From the IMG/VR virus record IMGVR_UViG_2698536570_000001: DNA of 32,404 nt; one strand, written 5' to 3'. The DNA is from a virus (Duplodnaviria; Heunggongvirae; Uroviricota; Caudoviricetes). Under the pieces are notes generated by a model. It made no database searches. It was not told the origin of the DNA and worked only from the letters and a program-made list of their open reading frames with translations. This document shows, in pieces, positions 7,454 to 17,494 of the stretch. Position 1 is the stretch's first letter. Each line of letters starts with the position of its first letter. The position numbers and the translations under genes are program-made.

Positions 7454-9468
7454 TATCTCGGTCCTGCGGGGAGTTGCTGGGTTAACTGTGAATTCACGCC
7501 CTTTTGACGGTCAACAGTCAAACGGGCAGCCTCGCGCGGATCGGAAACGCCGTGGATGTTAATGTTCGTTTCCTGCTGAATCACCGGTGCGCTGGTGGGC
7601 ATATTGCTCATTACTTTCGGAATGTAGTTGCGCGTTTCCTGCGGCATTAACCCCATGCCATAGCGCTTAACATTCCCGATCCCCCAGTTATATGATGCCA
7701 GTGCTTTGCTAAGGTCTCCGCCGTTCTGCCGCAACAGCTGGCTGAGGTACTTAGCTGCGGCCTGAGCTGACTTTTGCGGGTCGAATACATCGTTTCCGCG
7801 AAGGCCCATGTCGCGCGCCGTACCATCCATAAACTGAAACAGACCTTTAGCGCCAGCGCCTGAAACGGCGAACTGATTACCGCCAGATTCCGTTATGGCC
7901 ACACTGCGCAATAACCCCTCCGGAAGCCGGTAGAGCTGTTCCAGGTTGGTAAGCATCGGCTGCATCCATCCCAGCAGTTCAGAGCCTGCTTTGGTTGGCT
8001 GTGGCCGCTTAACTGACTGGCCGAGCTGTTCAGGCTCATCATCACCGAACCAGCCGCGCACCGTTCGGCCCACGCTGCGAGGATCGAATCCCCAGTGCTC
8101 TTTAATCCAGTCGGCGGTACCGTTGGCGCTGTCTGTTACCATCGGCATCGCTGACGGATTTTCGCTGCCCTGATTAAGCATCTGTTTGCCGATGCTGGCG
8201 GCATCAGCCCAGCGGCCATCTTTAATGGCGTTGAGCAGGTCGGCGATCATGTTCAGCATTTTGCTGAACTCACCCATCTGGTCAATGAAGTTGCTAAAAT
8301 CCCACTTTAGGGACCATGACTTGGGGTCAATACCGAGCAACTTAGCCAGCGCTTTTGTCAGGTCCGTAACAGTCTTTTTCAGGTCACCAATCATTTTGAC
8401 GGCCTGATCAATTTCAGTCTTCCATTTCCCCCAGTCAATCAGGCTTTTGCCACCTTCTTTCCACGTCTGGTAATCATCCAAGAGCAGACCAAGTGCAATA
8501 ATAAGCGTCGTTATCATGCCCAAGGGTGATGACATGAAAGCGGTATTTAGCAGCCGCCATGCAACCAACAGCCCACTGAACAATGCGATAAGCTGCTGCG
8601 TGGCTGGGTTCAGCTTTTTGAACCAGGCGATCACACCCTCAACAGCTTGCCCAGTTCGCCATAACACGCGGGTAATCGCGTCACCTGCCCAGAGAATTCC
8701 TTTGATGATCTTCGTGATGACCGCTTCAATCTTCGGCCAGTTGTCGAGTATCTGCCTGCGGAAGTTATCAATACTGCCAGCAAGGCCACCAGCTAGGTTA
8801 GAGCCAATCTTGTCTTTCGCCTGTCCAAGCGTCATCGTCAGATTACGCATGGAGGTCATGAAAATATTGGACTGTTTAGCCGCTGACTCAGCATTAAAAC
8901 CAATACGCTTTGCCGTCAACGCGTACTCAGAACTGAGCTGCCCCATCCCTCTGCGCATCGCCATCAGCGTGTTTTCATCGATGCCAAGCATCTGCGCGTA
9001 TTGTTTCGCGCGGTAATACGGCATGTTGTTGAGCTTTTGCCCAACGCCAGTAAAGATGGCCGCAGTATCACGCATCTTTCCGCTGGCATCGCGGGTCTGT
9101 ACGCCCAGACGGTTCAGGAACCCTTCCGCCCCCGGATTGCTACGCATGAAACCAGCCAACCCTTCAAGAGAGGACATGGCCGACTCGGCGCTGGCACCGG
9201 TTTGCGATGCGGCATAGCCCAGCGCTTTGATGCCCTGGACGCTGGCCCCCGTCCGCTGGGATGCCCAGTAAATTTTATCCAGACCATTCGCGATCTGGGT
9301 GGTAAATCCGACAATGCTAAGCGCTGAGCCTTTCACCACCGCGCCGACCTTCAGAACGTTCGCGGTAACGCCTTTCAGCACGGCTTCAAACTTATTAGCG
9401 CCAGCCTGATCGATATCGAATCCCAGCGAAACAAGGAAATCTTTAATCGTATCTGCGTTACCGCTCAT
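7453..9468 (-). CDS. Tail tape measure protein with a C-terminal lytic transglycosylase (SLT) domain
   Basis: 671 aa, ATG at 9468-9466 with GGAG upstream. N-terminal two-thirds is helix-rich with a hydrophobic segment. C-terminus carries SLT motifs (ESGGN, GAKGLFQFM, ASYNWG). Confidence 0.8.
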   Translation of the reverse strand: MSGNADTIKDFLVSLGFDIDQAGANKFEAVLKGVTANVLKVGAVVKGSALSIVGFTTQIANGLDKIYWASQRTGASVQGIKALGYAASQTGASAESAMSSLEGLAGFMRSNPGAEGFLNRLGVQTRDASGKMRDTAAIFTGVGQKLNNMPYYRAKQYAQMLGIDENTLMAMRRGMGQLSSEYALTAKRIGFNAESAAKQSNIFMTSMRNLTMTLGQAKDKIGSNLAGGLAGSIDNFRRQILDNWPKIEAVITKIIKGILWAGDAITRVLWRTGQAVEGVIAWFKKLNPATQQLIALFSGLLVAWRLLNTAFMSSPLGMITTLIIALGLLLDDYQTWKEGGKSLIDWGKWKTEIDQAVKMIGDLKKTVTDLTKALAKLLGIDPKSWSLKWDFSNFIDQMGEFSKMLNMIADLLNAIKDGRWADAASIGKQMLNQGSENPSAMPMVTDSANGTADWIKEHWGFDPRSVGRTVRGWFGDDEPEQLGQSVKRPQPTKAGSELLGWMQPMLTNLEQLYRLPEGLLRSVAITESGGNQFAVSGAGAKGLFQFMDGTARDMGLRGNDVFDPQKSAQAAAKYLSQLLRQNGGDLSKALASYNWGIGNVKRYGMGLMPQETRNYIPKVMSNMPTSAPVIQQETNINIHGVSDPREAARLTVDRQKGVNSQLTQQLPAGPR

Positions 9469-9697
9469 TGGCCGCTCTCCATTTATCTACCCGGGCGTCG
9501 TTATCCTCGCGCATGTCGAGGTAGTCATTGAGAAGCGCGATACGGCAGAGGTCTACCGCACCGCTGTTAAGGTCTTTCTGGTCAATATGGAAGGCAAGCG
9601 CCGGACGAAGAATAAAGTCTTCACCGCCCGGCAGGCTGTTGAAGGTTATTCCGCTGGCGGGGTGGGCGTCTCGCTGGTAGGGAGTCCTTGCAAAAAA
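9458..9697 (-). other. Programmed -1 frameshift extension of the tail assembly chaperone (G/GT-type)
   Basis: Slippery heptamer T_TTT_TTG at minus-strand 9697-9691, 15 codons before the chaperone stop. The -1 frame is then open for 77 codons, ending with TAA at 9460-9458, just inside the tape-measure start. Confidence 0.5.
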
Positions 9698-10071
9698 TTT
9701 CCCAGTGAGTCGGCGACCACCCGCGCCACCAGTTGCAGCATGGTCAGCAGGTCGATATCGTCAAACGCCATTTCGCCATGCTGGCAGACCGGCACCCAGC
9801 CTTTCATGTGCTCGCGTGAAACAACGGAAAGGCAGGGGAACAGGATAGCGTCAACGTCGCCATCGCTCAGATCGGACACAGCATTGGCAATCTTTGGCAT
9901 GATGGTAGCCATCGCGCCTTCGGTGTCTTTGCTGCTGATCTTCTCCTGAACGCTCCGGAAGTCCGAAACCATCCCGGCCAGCACCGGCAACAGCTTTCGG
10001 GACACCTTCAGCTGTTCGAAAACGCTGAGCTTTGCGGTGCGATATTTCACGCCCTTAATTTCGAATTCCAT
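9646..10071 (-). CDS. Tail assembly chaperone (zero-frame product)
   Basis: 141 aa between the tube and tape-measure genes, ATG at 10071-10069. Carries the slippery site listed above. Confidence 0.65.
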   Translation of the reverse strand: MEFEIKGVKYRTAKLSVFEQLKVSRKLLPVLAGMVSDFRSVQEKISSKDTEGAMATIMPKIANAVSDLSDGDVDAILFPCLSVVSREHMKGWVPVCQHGEMAFDDIDLLTMLQLVARVVADSLGNFLQGLPTSETPTPPAE

Positions 10072-10074
10072 GCG

Positions 10075-10515
10075 TTAAAACTCCCCGAGCAGCTGGTCAA
10101 TCTTGCCGCAGTCGAATACCCAGGCGACAGTTCCGCCCTCTTTGGCGTTATTGAAATCAGGCTGTTTCTGGAATGCACACGAACGCGCAGTAGAAATATC
10201 ACCCGATGCCGTGTTGCGAATGACGATCACGTTATTTCCCCAGGTGGCAGAGGACTGGCTTTGCGCGTTATACGCCAGAGACAGCTTCTTGTTCACCGGG
10301 GAGGTTTTCAGCAGCGTCACCGTAATGGTGCCTGACTTATCGGCGTGCAGGCTGTGCATCACCTCGCCATCGGCACCGATGGTCATGGTGTTTTTGTTGC
10401 CGCCCATGGTCTGGGTGATACCTTCCTCAGAGTTCGCAGAACCCTGACCAAGATCGATAACGCCGGTCGGCCCGGTGAGCGACGCGGTTACATCGAGAAA
10501 AGAATAAGTTGCCAT
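10075..10515 (-). CDS. Tail tube protein
   Basis: 146 aa, immediately downstream of the sheath gene; canonical position and size. Confidence 0.7.
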   Translation of the reverse strand: MATYSFLDVTASLTGPTGVIDLGQGSANSEEGITQTMGGNKNTMTIGADGEVMHSLHADKSGTITVTLLKTSPVNKKLSLAYNAQSQSSATWGNNVIVIRNTASGDISTARSCAFQKQPDFNNAKEGGTVAWVFDCGKIDQLLGEF

Positions 10516-10525
10516 TTATCGCTCC

Positions 10526-11686
10526 TTAGCGAACCACGTTGATCTGCACATCGGCGTAATGAACTGCGCCAGCCAGCTTACAAGCCACCTGGATTAACGG
10601 CGCTTTGCGTGCTTCTCGGTCAGCCTGTGCTTGCTCGGAAAGAGGTTGCGCATACACGTAATAACCTTTTGTCAGCGTATCGCCGGAATTCAGTTGCCCG
10701 ATAGGGCCACCATTCCACACGCCAGCCGCTACCAGACCGTTCGTGACGGACTGATCCATGGACTGTTCAACGTTGGAAAGCAGACGGGTCACACCGGCAT
10801 CAGTCTGCGGAATTTTGGTGGTGCTGGTGTAAAGCAGGTTATAGAGGTTGGTCTGAACGTAGTTCTGCAACCAGTCGAGCCCGTGGCGCTCGTCGAAGAA
10901 GTCACCGTTCGCCATGACACCCTGTTGCAGGATCGCCGTGTCGTTGGCGTAGTACACGAACACGTTCGCATTCTTCGCATCCACAGCCGCCGCCTGTCCT
11001 ACCGTCAGCGTTTCGTAGGTTACGCTCGGTTCCTGTTTGAATTTCAGGGTAATGGTGGTATTGCTGCCGTTGAAATTGACAGTAAACGCGCGACCGAAAG
11101 CTGAAACCGCCGCATAAGGGCTGCTGGTGGAATATTGAATAAAGGTACGGGAATACTTACCGGCCTTTAATTTAGACGCAACATCGGTCGTCGAAGTCGT
11201 GCTGATGATCTCAGCGTCGGCTGACGTTACCCCGAAAATGCGGCTCAGGCTGGACGCTTCGATGAGTTTAGCAACCTCAATCACGTCGTCAGCATCAAGC
11301 ACATCATCGCCATCAGCAACATCATCAGCGACAACCAGCCCATACCAGTTGGTATACTGCAGGCAGGCATTAACAGCTTGCACGATGGTTTCCACGCTTC
11401 CACCTTCGGAAGAGGTCAGCGTCTTCGCCCAGCGGCCAACATAAACCTGCGTCGGCTTCGGCGACTGGCTGAAGAAAACCTGCGCCGCTTCATATTCCGG
11501 GCTGTCGACTCCGAAGTCCTCGCCAATGTCCTCAACGGACGCATAAAGGCGGACGCGTTCCTGCACTGGAATGACAGTGGAAGAACCGAGGATCAGCAGC
11601 GCGCCGAAGTTACGACCAGTAGCCGCTTTCGGCGAGATGATCACATCAACGTTTACAACGTTGGATACAGGTAAGCCCTGCGTCAT
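10526..11686 (-). CDS. Contractile tail sheath protein
   Basis: 386 aa, first gene of the sheath-tube-chaperone-tape measure block; size and position typical of sheath proteins. Confidence 0.8.
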   Translation of the reverse strand: MTQGLPVSNVVNVDVIISPKAATGRNFGALLILGSSTVIPVQERVRLYASVEDIGEDFGVDSPEYEAAQVFFSQSPKPTQVYVGRWAKTLTSSEGGSVETIVQAVNACLQYTNWYGLVVADDVADGDDVLDADDVIEVAKLIEASSLSRIFGVTSADAEIISTTSTTDVASKLKAGKYSRTFIQYSTSSPYAAVSAFGRAFTVNFNGSNTTITLKFKQEPSVTYETLTVGQAAAVDAKNANVFVYYANDTAILQQGVMANGDFFDERHGLDWLQNYVQTNLYNLLYTSTTKIPQTDAGVTRLLSNVEQSMDQSVTNGLVAAGVWNGGPIGQLNSGDTLTKGYYVYAQPLSEQAQADREARKAPLIQVACKLAGAVHYADVQINVVR

Positions 11687-11689
11687 AGT

Positions 11690-12298
11690 TTATTCTCCAA
11701 AAAAGGTGACTGGCGCTTCCACCAGCGATTTAATGCCGTACTCGCGCACGACCTTCCGGCGCAGGCGCACCGTCATGTCGTAGCGGCGAACCCATTGCTG
11801 GTTGATAAGTTCGGGGAAAGGGGTCAGACCGGTATAGTCGCCCAGAGACAAACCAAGCGCGTTCAGCTCAGCATTGTTTTGCGGGACAGATATGCCATCG
11901 CGAAAACGGGACGCATAAGACATACCAGCCGGGCCATAGAACGACGCCATGCACTCGAACGTTTCATGCCGCCAGAGCTGAGCGCCCTCGTCGGTCTGAT
12001 TGGTGAATGCAGGGTTGTTATCAATGAGCAACCCGGTAACGCCAAACGCGCACCAGTTCGTTTCAACGGGTGGCAGTGGCGGCTGATTTTTCTGCCAGCG
12101 CGGACGAACCATTCCAGACGGCAAGCCGGAAACATTGCGCATCCACTGGCTTAGCAGCCTGTCGAGCGCTTCGTCATAAGCCGGATCGCCGCTGGTGGGT
12201 GTCAGCCAGCCGCGCTCTGTGCTGGTGTTATTGCTCAATGGGAGTTCCCCCATCAAACGGCAGCAACTCACAATGCGCCTGAACGAATCCGGCCCCAT
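11690..12298 (-). CDS. Tail completion / neck protein (start uncertain)
   Basis: 202-aa ORF just upstream of the sheath gene. Overlaps the preceding ORF by about 70 nt, so the true start is probably an internal Met. Confidence 0.4.
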   Translation of the reverse strand: MGPDSFRRIVSCCRLMGELPLSNNTSTERGWLTPTSGDPAYDEALDRLLSQWMRNVSGLPSGMVRPRWQKNQPPLPPVETNWCAFGVTGLLIDNNPAFTNQTDEGAQLWRHETFECMASFYGPAGMSYASRFRDGISVPQNNAELNALGLSLGDYTGLTPFPELINQQWVRRYDMTVRLRRKVVREYGIKSLVEAPVTFFGE

Positions 12299-12617
12299 AA
12301 GCTGTATACGGGTCGACGAAGGTCACACGATAATCACGGCCCTGATACGTCACGATATCGGCATCACGGCCAGTCTGCCCCTGCGTCAGCCGCTCAGTTG
12401 TCACGATGAGAATCGCGCCGCTGATAACCTGCCCGGCCTGCATGCGGCGGTTTTCCAGGGAGCGGTCAACAGTAACATCCCCGGCAAACTGCTTTTTAAC
12501 TTCACTGTCGCTGCCGATCCCGTCCTCATCCACCGTTTGCACTCGGCGTGTTACCCACAAATTGAAGTCGCAAAAATCGGGGTCAAAAAGCACATCCGTC
12601 ACATCAAGATTCGGCAT
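12228..12617 (-). CDS. Head-tail joining/adaptor protein
   Basis: 129 aa, in the connector block between capsid and tail genes. Confidence 0.4.
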   Translation of the reverse strand: MPNLDVTDVLFDPDFCDFNLWVTRRVQTVDEDGIGSDSEVKKQFAGDVTVDRSLENRRMQAGQVISGAILIVTTERLTQGQTGRDADIVTYQGRDYRVTFVDPYTAYGAGFVQAHCELLPFDGGTPIEQ

Positions 12618-13191
12618 CTTTATCCCTCACAATATGGGTAATGGCTCTGCGGTACTGTCCGGTATCAATCAACGGCCTTACATTCTCATTGCTTATCAAT
12701 TGACCAGAATCTGGGTTGATAGCATTAAGCTTTCCGTCTGCCGATCTGCGTGCTACCTCAGCTTTCGCCCCTTTGCGCCCTCGACGCGCGCGGGCTTCAA
12801 CGGTGCTATCAGCAAGCGGTGTAAAGCCGGTAATGGTCATGTAACGCCTGACGCCATTCGCGGCCAGCGTTCCGGCGCGGTTAAGCGCTCTTTCCGCACC
12901 CGCCGCATTTCCATCAAGCGCAGCCTGCGCCGCTGCTTTGAGCTGCGGCACCGTCTGTTCCTCTACGGATTTAACGCCGGGGATCAGGTGCGGGCGTGGG
13001 GGGATGTTTTGCGCTGGTGAGCCGTATTCGTTGACGTAACCGATCCCGGCATTACCAAACGGAACATCCTCACGCTCGCTGTCTTCTTCCGGGATGCCGA
13101 CCAGCACATCTTTTTTGGTTAACGACCGGAGCGCATCCAGAATGGCCTTAGCGTTATCCACCCTCGTTGTTACACCGCTTTTGAAACTCAT
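12604..13191 (-). CDS. Virion morphogenesis / head-tail connector protein
   Basis: 195 aa, in the connector block; called from synteny only. Confidence 0.4.
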   Translation of the reverse strand: MSFKSGVTTRVDNAKAILDALRSLTKKDVLVGIPEEDSEREDVPFGNAGIGYVNEYGSPAQNIPPRPHLIPGVKSVEEQTVPQLKAAAQAALDGNAAGAERALNRAGTLAANGVRRYMTITGFTPLADSTVEARARRGRKGAKAEVARRSADGKLNAINPDSGQLISNENVRPLIDTGQYRRAITHIVRDKDAES

Positions 13192-13631
13192 AGCTGGCGA
13201 CCGCCCGCACCGAACATCGTGATCAGCTGATAAAATTCAGCGCCATATCGGGTGTTATTCCAGAAGCCTGCGTCAGGGTTTAGCGTCGCGCTGGTGTCAT
13301 AGCTGACGCTTACCTTGTCAACGGACTTGGAGGACTGAACACCATTGGTTGAGCCACCCGGGCCGCCGACGAGCATTGCCCGGCTATCTGCCGCCCAGAG
13401 CGTCATGTAGTGAGCCACGAACAACTCGACAAAGTACAGAAACAACTCTTTGCCGGTGACGTTTTCGCTCAGCAGCACATCAGCCAGATTCAGACGAAAC
13501 TGGATTTGCGCTTCGGGATATTTGGCAGGGTCAGCAAACTGCGGGAAGTCGCGGCGAAAATCACTTACTGTTGGCAGGCTTTGATTCTTTGGCATCTTTC
13601 GCCCCATTACCGCCAGTCTGGGCGGCAGCAA
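13188..13631 (-). CDS. Head-tail connector/completion protein (start uncertain)
   Basis: 147-aa ORF overlapping the upstream gene end (13561); true start is probably internal. Confidence 0.4.
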   Translation of the reverse strand: MLPPRLAVMGRKMPKNQSLPTVSDFRRDFPQFADPAKYPEAQIQFRLNLADVLLSENVTGKELFLYFVELFVAHYMTLWAADSRAMLVGGPGGSTNGVQSSKSVDKVSVSYDTSATLNPDAGFWNNTRYGAEFYQLITMFGAGGRQL

Positions 13632-13971
13632 TCTGCGCTTGCAGGCTGTCGTTCTGCTCTTGCAGCTTGAGCAGCGCTTCTTTCAGATCGGCAATCAGCT
13701 GATCTTTATCGACAATCTGCTTATCTTTGTCGGCAATCTGCTTATCTTTGTCGGCAATCTGCGCTTGCAGGCTGTCGATAATGGGTTGCAGATCATCGGT
13801 GTCGCTAATCACGCTTTCGGAAAGCTCAGAGTGCGCCTGGGTGAACCAGTGCGACGCAACCTCTTCCGGTACGTTATGCCGTCCCCGGCCAAACTCCTGT
13901 TTTGACTGATCGCCGAGCGTCAGCGTAAACGGGGTGTGAACATGGATGGTAACCAGCTTTTCTTTCGCCAT
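13561..13971 (-). CDS. Coiled-coil capsid-associated protein with heptad tandem repeats
   Basis: 136 aa with a central KQIADKD heptad repeat and helical flanks (LQAQIA...[18 protein letters not shown]). Lies directly after the major capsid gene. Confidence 0.5.
   Translation of the reverse strand: MAKEKLVTIHVHTPFTLTLGDQSKQEFGRGRHNVPEEVASHWFTQAHSELSESVISDTDDLQPIIDSLQAQIADKDKQIADKDKQIVDKDQLIADLKEALLKLQEQNDSLQAQIAAAQTGGNGAKDAKESKPANSK
13699..13761. repeat. 21-bp tandem repeat inside a CDS (two perfect copies plus one degenerate copy)
   Basis: Perfect copies at 13720-13740 and 13741-13761 (cttatctttgtcggcaatctg). A degenerate copy at 13699-13719 differs at 3 positions. The repeat is in frame and encodes the heptad KQIADKD on the minus strand. 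Confidence 0.85.
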
Positions 13972-14012
13972 TTCAAGTTTCCTTCTGGCCCCTTTCGGGG
14001 CCGTTCTGGTTA

Positions 14013-14954
14013 TCAGATACCGTCCACGTAGGACAGGGTTTCTTTGTACACTGGCTCAACCGCACCGAGCTTGCCGTAGTAGGTCGCAATCTGGTGCAGA
14101 CCGCGATACTGGATAGGAACGCTCTGCAACGGCACCAGCGGATAGCGCACGTATTTCTTGTCGTTGGTGTAGGCGACCATACGGTCTTTACCGCCAACCC
14201 CGCGCCCTTTCAGCCATTTAACCGCTTTGATTTCCAGCGGAACGCCGTTCTGGTGGAAAGCGATAGTGTTCACGGCCAGATAGGTCAGCAGCGACTGGTT
14301 ACCCGCTTCGGAAACCTTACGGCTCGCCAGCAGTGAATACTGCTCTGGCGGAATGCGCAGATCAGAAGGCACGACGGAATAACCGGATGCTGCCCAGGCA
14401 TTCGACAGAATGCTGTTCACGCTATCGAGAATCTCGTCGTTGGTGGAGTTCGCCCAGGTCTTCGGCGCATTGTTCAGCGTCACACCGACAAGGTTTGCCA
14501 GCCCTTTCAGGCCGAGCGCATCATCGCCAATGTAAACCTGCTCGTCGTTGTCCATCTGCCATTTGAGCTGCATCCCGTCGTACTTCTGGGTATCAATCGG
14601 GCGACCTACCTGCTGAGCTGCTGCCAGCTCTACAACGGTCCAGCCCAGTTCCATGCCCCAGAGGTTCAGCGGATTGCCGTCTTTGCCGATATCAACATTC
14701 ACGCCAGCAATAGCAGTGGAGTCTTTGCCTACCCAGTTTTTACCGTTCGGATTTGCGCCAGTACCAGCAGCGCCAAAACTGGTGTTAGTCCAGCTGGAAA
14801 TGTCATCTGCGATAGAAACGTCTTCACGCAGCTGAATATCGCGGGTCCAGGTGTAACCCACCAGCGGCAGGTTCAGCGTCTGGTCGAGTCGCTCCAGCTC
14901 CCCGATGAGAAAGGCACCAGAGCTATCAACGGTTGCCTGATCAAAAGTAATCAT
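14013..14954 (-). CDS. Major capsid protein
   Basis: 313 aa, downstream of the protease/scaffold and decoration-like genes; canonical position. Confidence 0.6.
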   Translation of the reverse strand: MITFDQATVDSSGAFLIGELERLDQTLNLPLVGYTWTRDIQLREDVSIADDISSWTNTSFGAAGTGANPNGKNWVGKDSTAIAGVNVDIGKDGNPLNLWGMELGWTVVELAAAQQVGRPIDTQKYDGMQLKWQMDNDEQVYIGDDALGLKGLANLVGVTLNNAPKTWANSTNDEILDSVNSILSNAWAASGYSVVPSDLRIPPEQYSLLASRKVSEAGNQSLLTYLAVNTIAFHQNGVPLEIKAVKWLKGRGVGGKDRMVAYTNDKKYVRYPLVPLQSVPIQYRGLHQIATYYGKLGAVEPVYKETLSYVDGI

Positions 14955-14965
14955 TCGTCTGTTCC

Positions 14966-15469
14966 TTAAATCTTCCAGGAGATTTCTGCATTGCCGTTAG
15001 CGTCACCGGCCCCTGTGAATTCGGCGTTGGTCAGCGCCACGTTTTTGCCACTGACGGACGTGGACATGAAGCCGCCCAGCGGCACTTTGATGGATTCATC
15101 AGTGGAGACGACAACGTATACCGGGTCGCCTTTTTTGATGGTGCTGGCATCAAAATCAGAACCGAGATTAACGGTCATGTAGCCACGCTTCATGGCGTCA
15201 CCCGGGAAGTTCTTATCCGTCCCCACCTGGCGAACCATGTCTGGCTGCGATGTGGTCGGATACGGACGAACGTAGATCCCCTTCACCTTGTCGGCGGTGT
15301 CACCGTCCGCCAGCGGCACGAAAAAGCCGTCAGCGTCATATTTGCCAGCCAGACCATAGGCAGCGAAGGCGTTAGCGGATTTAAGGATCACCGGTTCGAC
15401 GGTTAAGTCCTGCGGGCGAGAGATAGCCCCGGCAATGCCAACAGGCATCCGGTACAAATATGCAGTCAT
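14966..15469 (-). CDS. Head structural/decoration-like protein
   Basis: 167 aa between the scaffold-like gene and the major capsid gene; called from position only. Confidence 0.35.
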   Translation of the reverse strand: MTAYLYRMPVGIAGAISRPQDLTVEPVILKSANAFAAYGLAGKYDADGFFVPLADGDTADKVKGIYVRPYPTTSQPDMVRQVGTDKNFPGDAMKRGYMTVNLGSDFDASTIKKGDPVYVVVSTDESIKVPLGGFMSTSVSGKNVALTNAEFTGAGDANGNAEISWKI

Positions 15470-15473
15470 TGGA

Positions 15474-16706
15474 TTATCCTTTGCGGTTAGACCAGAAGTC
15501 GGCGTTTTGTTTGTTCAGGGAAGCGATGCTGGTCATGCCCATATTTTGACGTTGTGCATCGCCCGTGGTGCTGCGGGTGTTTCGCCCTTTGGCAATCTCA
15601 GACACGGCGTTAAACGCCATATCGACCGATTGCTTGGGCAATTTGCGGATATCTGCATCACCGACAACCTGGCGAACCAGTGTTTTGTCAGCGGCGGACA
15701 GCACATCACGTTTGAACGCGGTCGGTTTCACCTTACGGCTCAGATCGATACCCGGAACGATAACTTCGGCACGATAAGCAGCGTCACCGGTAATCGTGGT
15801 TTCCTCTTCGTCGTCCTCACCGTCGCCGGTAGGGTCTTTGTTATCTTTGCCGTCAGGCTTATCGTCGTTATCGCCCGTTGCAGTACCTTCCAGCTTAGCC
15901 AGCAGGGCTTTGAGCAAGGTTTTGATATCGTCCTCGCCGTCGCCGGTTGGCTCTCCGCCCATTTCCGGCTTTTTGTCCGGCAATGGTTGTTGCGGTGAAA
16001 GATTAATGTTGAGGTTAACGCCGCTCGGCAGATCCCCTTCATCGCCCGTTACCGCCGCTGGCGCAGAGTCCAGCAGTTCGTTCATGGTGTCAGCATCACC
16101 CGTTTTGATGGCCGTGCGCATGCGGGTCCACCAGCTTTTCTTTTGATTTGCCATTGTGTCTCTGTCTCCAATTGCACAACGATTTCCGGCTCTGCCTTTA
16201 GGGACAAGAGCCACATGGTTTCCGGTAATATCGACCTGCTCGGCTTTTCCGGGTTCGGTCTGCTCGTACTCAGCGTCATAGCCGCACGACACTTCGCGCA
16301 GACCATCTTCGATCAGCTGAATGGCGCTTTCGTCTTTGACGATAAGGTCAGCCAGCATCAAATCAGACTGATCACCAGTCCCGCGCCGAACGTTCTGAAG
16401 ATGCCCGACCGCAAGCTCTTTCCAGTTCTCGGGGTTGACCAGCCGCACATTCCCGTTTTCATCTTCAGGATGCAGGATCGTGATGCTCATCCCTTCGAAT
16501 GAGGCGAGCGTGGCCGGATGGAATACCTGATCAGGAGAGCGCGTTACGACTATCTCGCCGAGCTTGTCGGGTTTGAGGTTTGGCAGATCGGCAGCGCCGT
16601 AAAGCTGCTTACCCGTTCGACCTATCGGCACGTCTTTGCACAGCAGCGAGCCGTCAGCCAGCTGATAACGGGTTTCCCCCAGCCGGGTATTGAAAAAATA
16701 TTTCAT
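15474..16706 (-). CDS. Prohead protease / scaffolding protein
   Basis: 410 aa with a conserved-looking N-terminal domain, an acidic low-complexity linker (repeated PTGDGEDD) and a C-terminal helical region. Lies between the Mu-F-like gene and the capsid gene. Confidence 0.5.
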   Translation of the reverse strand: MKYFFNTRLGETRYQLADGSLLCKDVPIGRTGKQLYGAADLPNLKPDKLGEIVVTRSPDQVFHPATLASFEGMSITILHPEDENGNVRLVNPENWKELAVGHLQNVRRGTGDQSDLMLADLIVKDESAIQLIEDGLREVSCGYDAEYEQTEPGKAEQVDITGNHVALVPKGRAGNRCAIGDRDTMANQKKSWWTRMRTAIKTGDADTMNELLDSAPAAVTGDEGDLPSGVNLNINLSPQQPLPDKKPEMGGEPTGDGEDDIKTLLKALLAKLEGTATGDNDDKPDGKDNKDPTGDGEDDEEETTITGDAAYRAEVIVPGIDLSRKVKPTAFKRDVLSAADKTLVRQVVGDADIRKLPKQSVDMAFNAVSEIAKGRNTRSTTGDAQRQNMGMTSIASLNKQNADFWSNRKG

Positions 16707-16720
16707 GGTTTACCTGCGAT

Positions 16721-17494
16721 TCAGGCGAGATAAGAATGAGGGTTGGGGAAGACGATTTCTTTGTAACAGCGGCAGTTCGGGAGCTCGCCAGCGTGACCGG
16801 TCATGCCGTCAAGCGTTGGAGGTCGGCCCCATTCGACAAACTTCCCTTCCATCTCTCGATGAGAATGCCGGACGTCGCCATCTTCGGCTGTACGCCAGAT
16901 ATAACCATTCGAGCCGATTGACAGCGCACGCGCCTGATCCAGCGCGCCGGTTGCGCGCCCAAGCTCAGTCCGGGCGATAAGGTTCGCTCGTGAGCGTGAC
17001 ACGTCACCGGAAGCAGCTATCTCTTTCGCGAATGGCTCAGCGCGGCCACCAGTCACAACAGCCTCGATGGCTTTGTTCTGAATGTCATACACCCGATCGG
17101 CGGCCTCAAGAGGCAGCGATTTGATGTACTTAATTTGCTCGGCGACGATGGATTTCATCACCTGGCCTACCGGGGCGCGGTCGACCATGTTGCGTAGTTC
17201 TGCGCTGATGTTCCGACTGTGCTGACGCCACTGCTTTTCATTCTGGCGCGCAATGTCGGCGGTGAAGCTCTCAGCAACCTTAGTCGCCCAGGGGGTGATG
17301 ATTTCGCTGTAGCGCTCCAGCGCATCCATTATTTCGGTGACGCTATCGTTTGAACCATCGTAGCGACCATTTACGATATCCCCGACTGCCCGCGCTATCT
17401 GCCGTAGGCTCGTTCGATATCGGATCTCCGCCTGGCGGCTCTGGCGGTTTGTCGCCAAGTTCGCCGATCCCTGGCGGCGCTTCGTCTTCGGCAT
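16721..17494 (-). CDS. Head morphogenesis protein, Mu gpF / SPP1 gp7 family (start uncertain)
   Basis: C-terminal signature WRTAEDGDVRHSHREMEGKFVEW...NCRCY typical of the family. The ORF overlaps the portal 3' end by about 150 nt, so the true start is probably internal or the genes overlap. Confidence 0.7.
   Translation of the reverse strand: MPKTKRRQGSANLATNRQSRQAEIRYRTSLRQIARAVGDIVNGRYDGSNDSVTEIMDALERYSEIITPWATKVAESFTADIARQNEKQWRQHSRNISAELRNMVDRAPVGQVMKSIVAEQIKYIKSLPLEAADRVYDIQNKAIEAVVTGGRAEPFAKEIAASGDVSRSRANLIARTELGRATGALDQARALSIGSNGYIWRTAEDGDVRHSHREMEGKFVEWGRPPTLDGMTGHAGELPNCRCYKEIVFPNPHSYLA

Noticed and set aside
15796-15960. Imperfect direct repeats in the protease/scaffold gene encoding PTGDGEDD
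   Set aside because: They correspond to an acidic low-complexity linker within a single ORF. Interpreted as ordinary linker repetition, not a separate element.
16721-17494. Possible programmed frameshift or real overlap between the portal 3' end and the Mu-F-like gene
   Set aside because: The 150-nt overlap is more simply explained by an ORF-finder start upstream of the true internal start (a Met at about 17329). No slippery site was identified.
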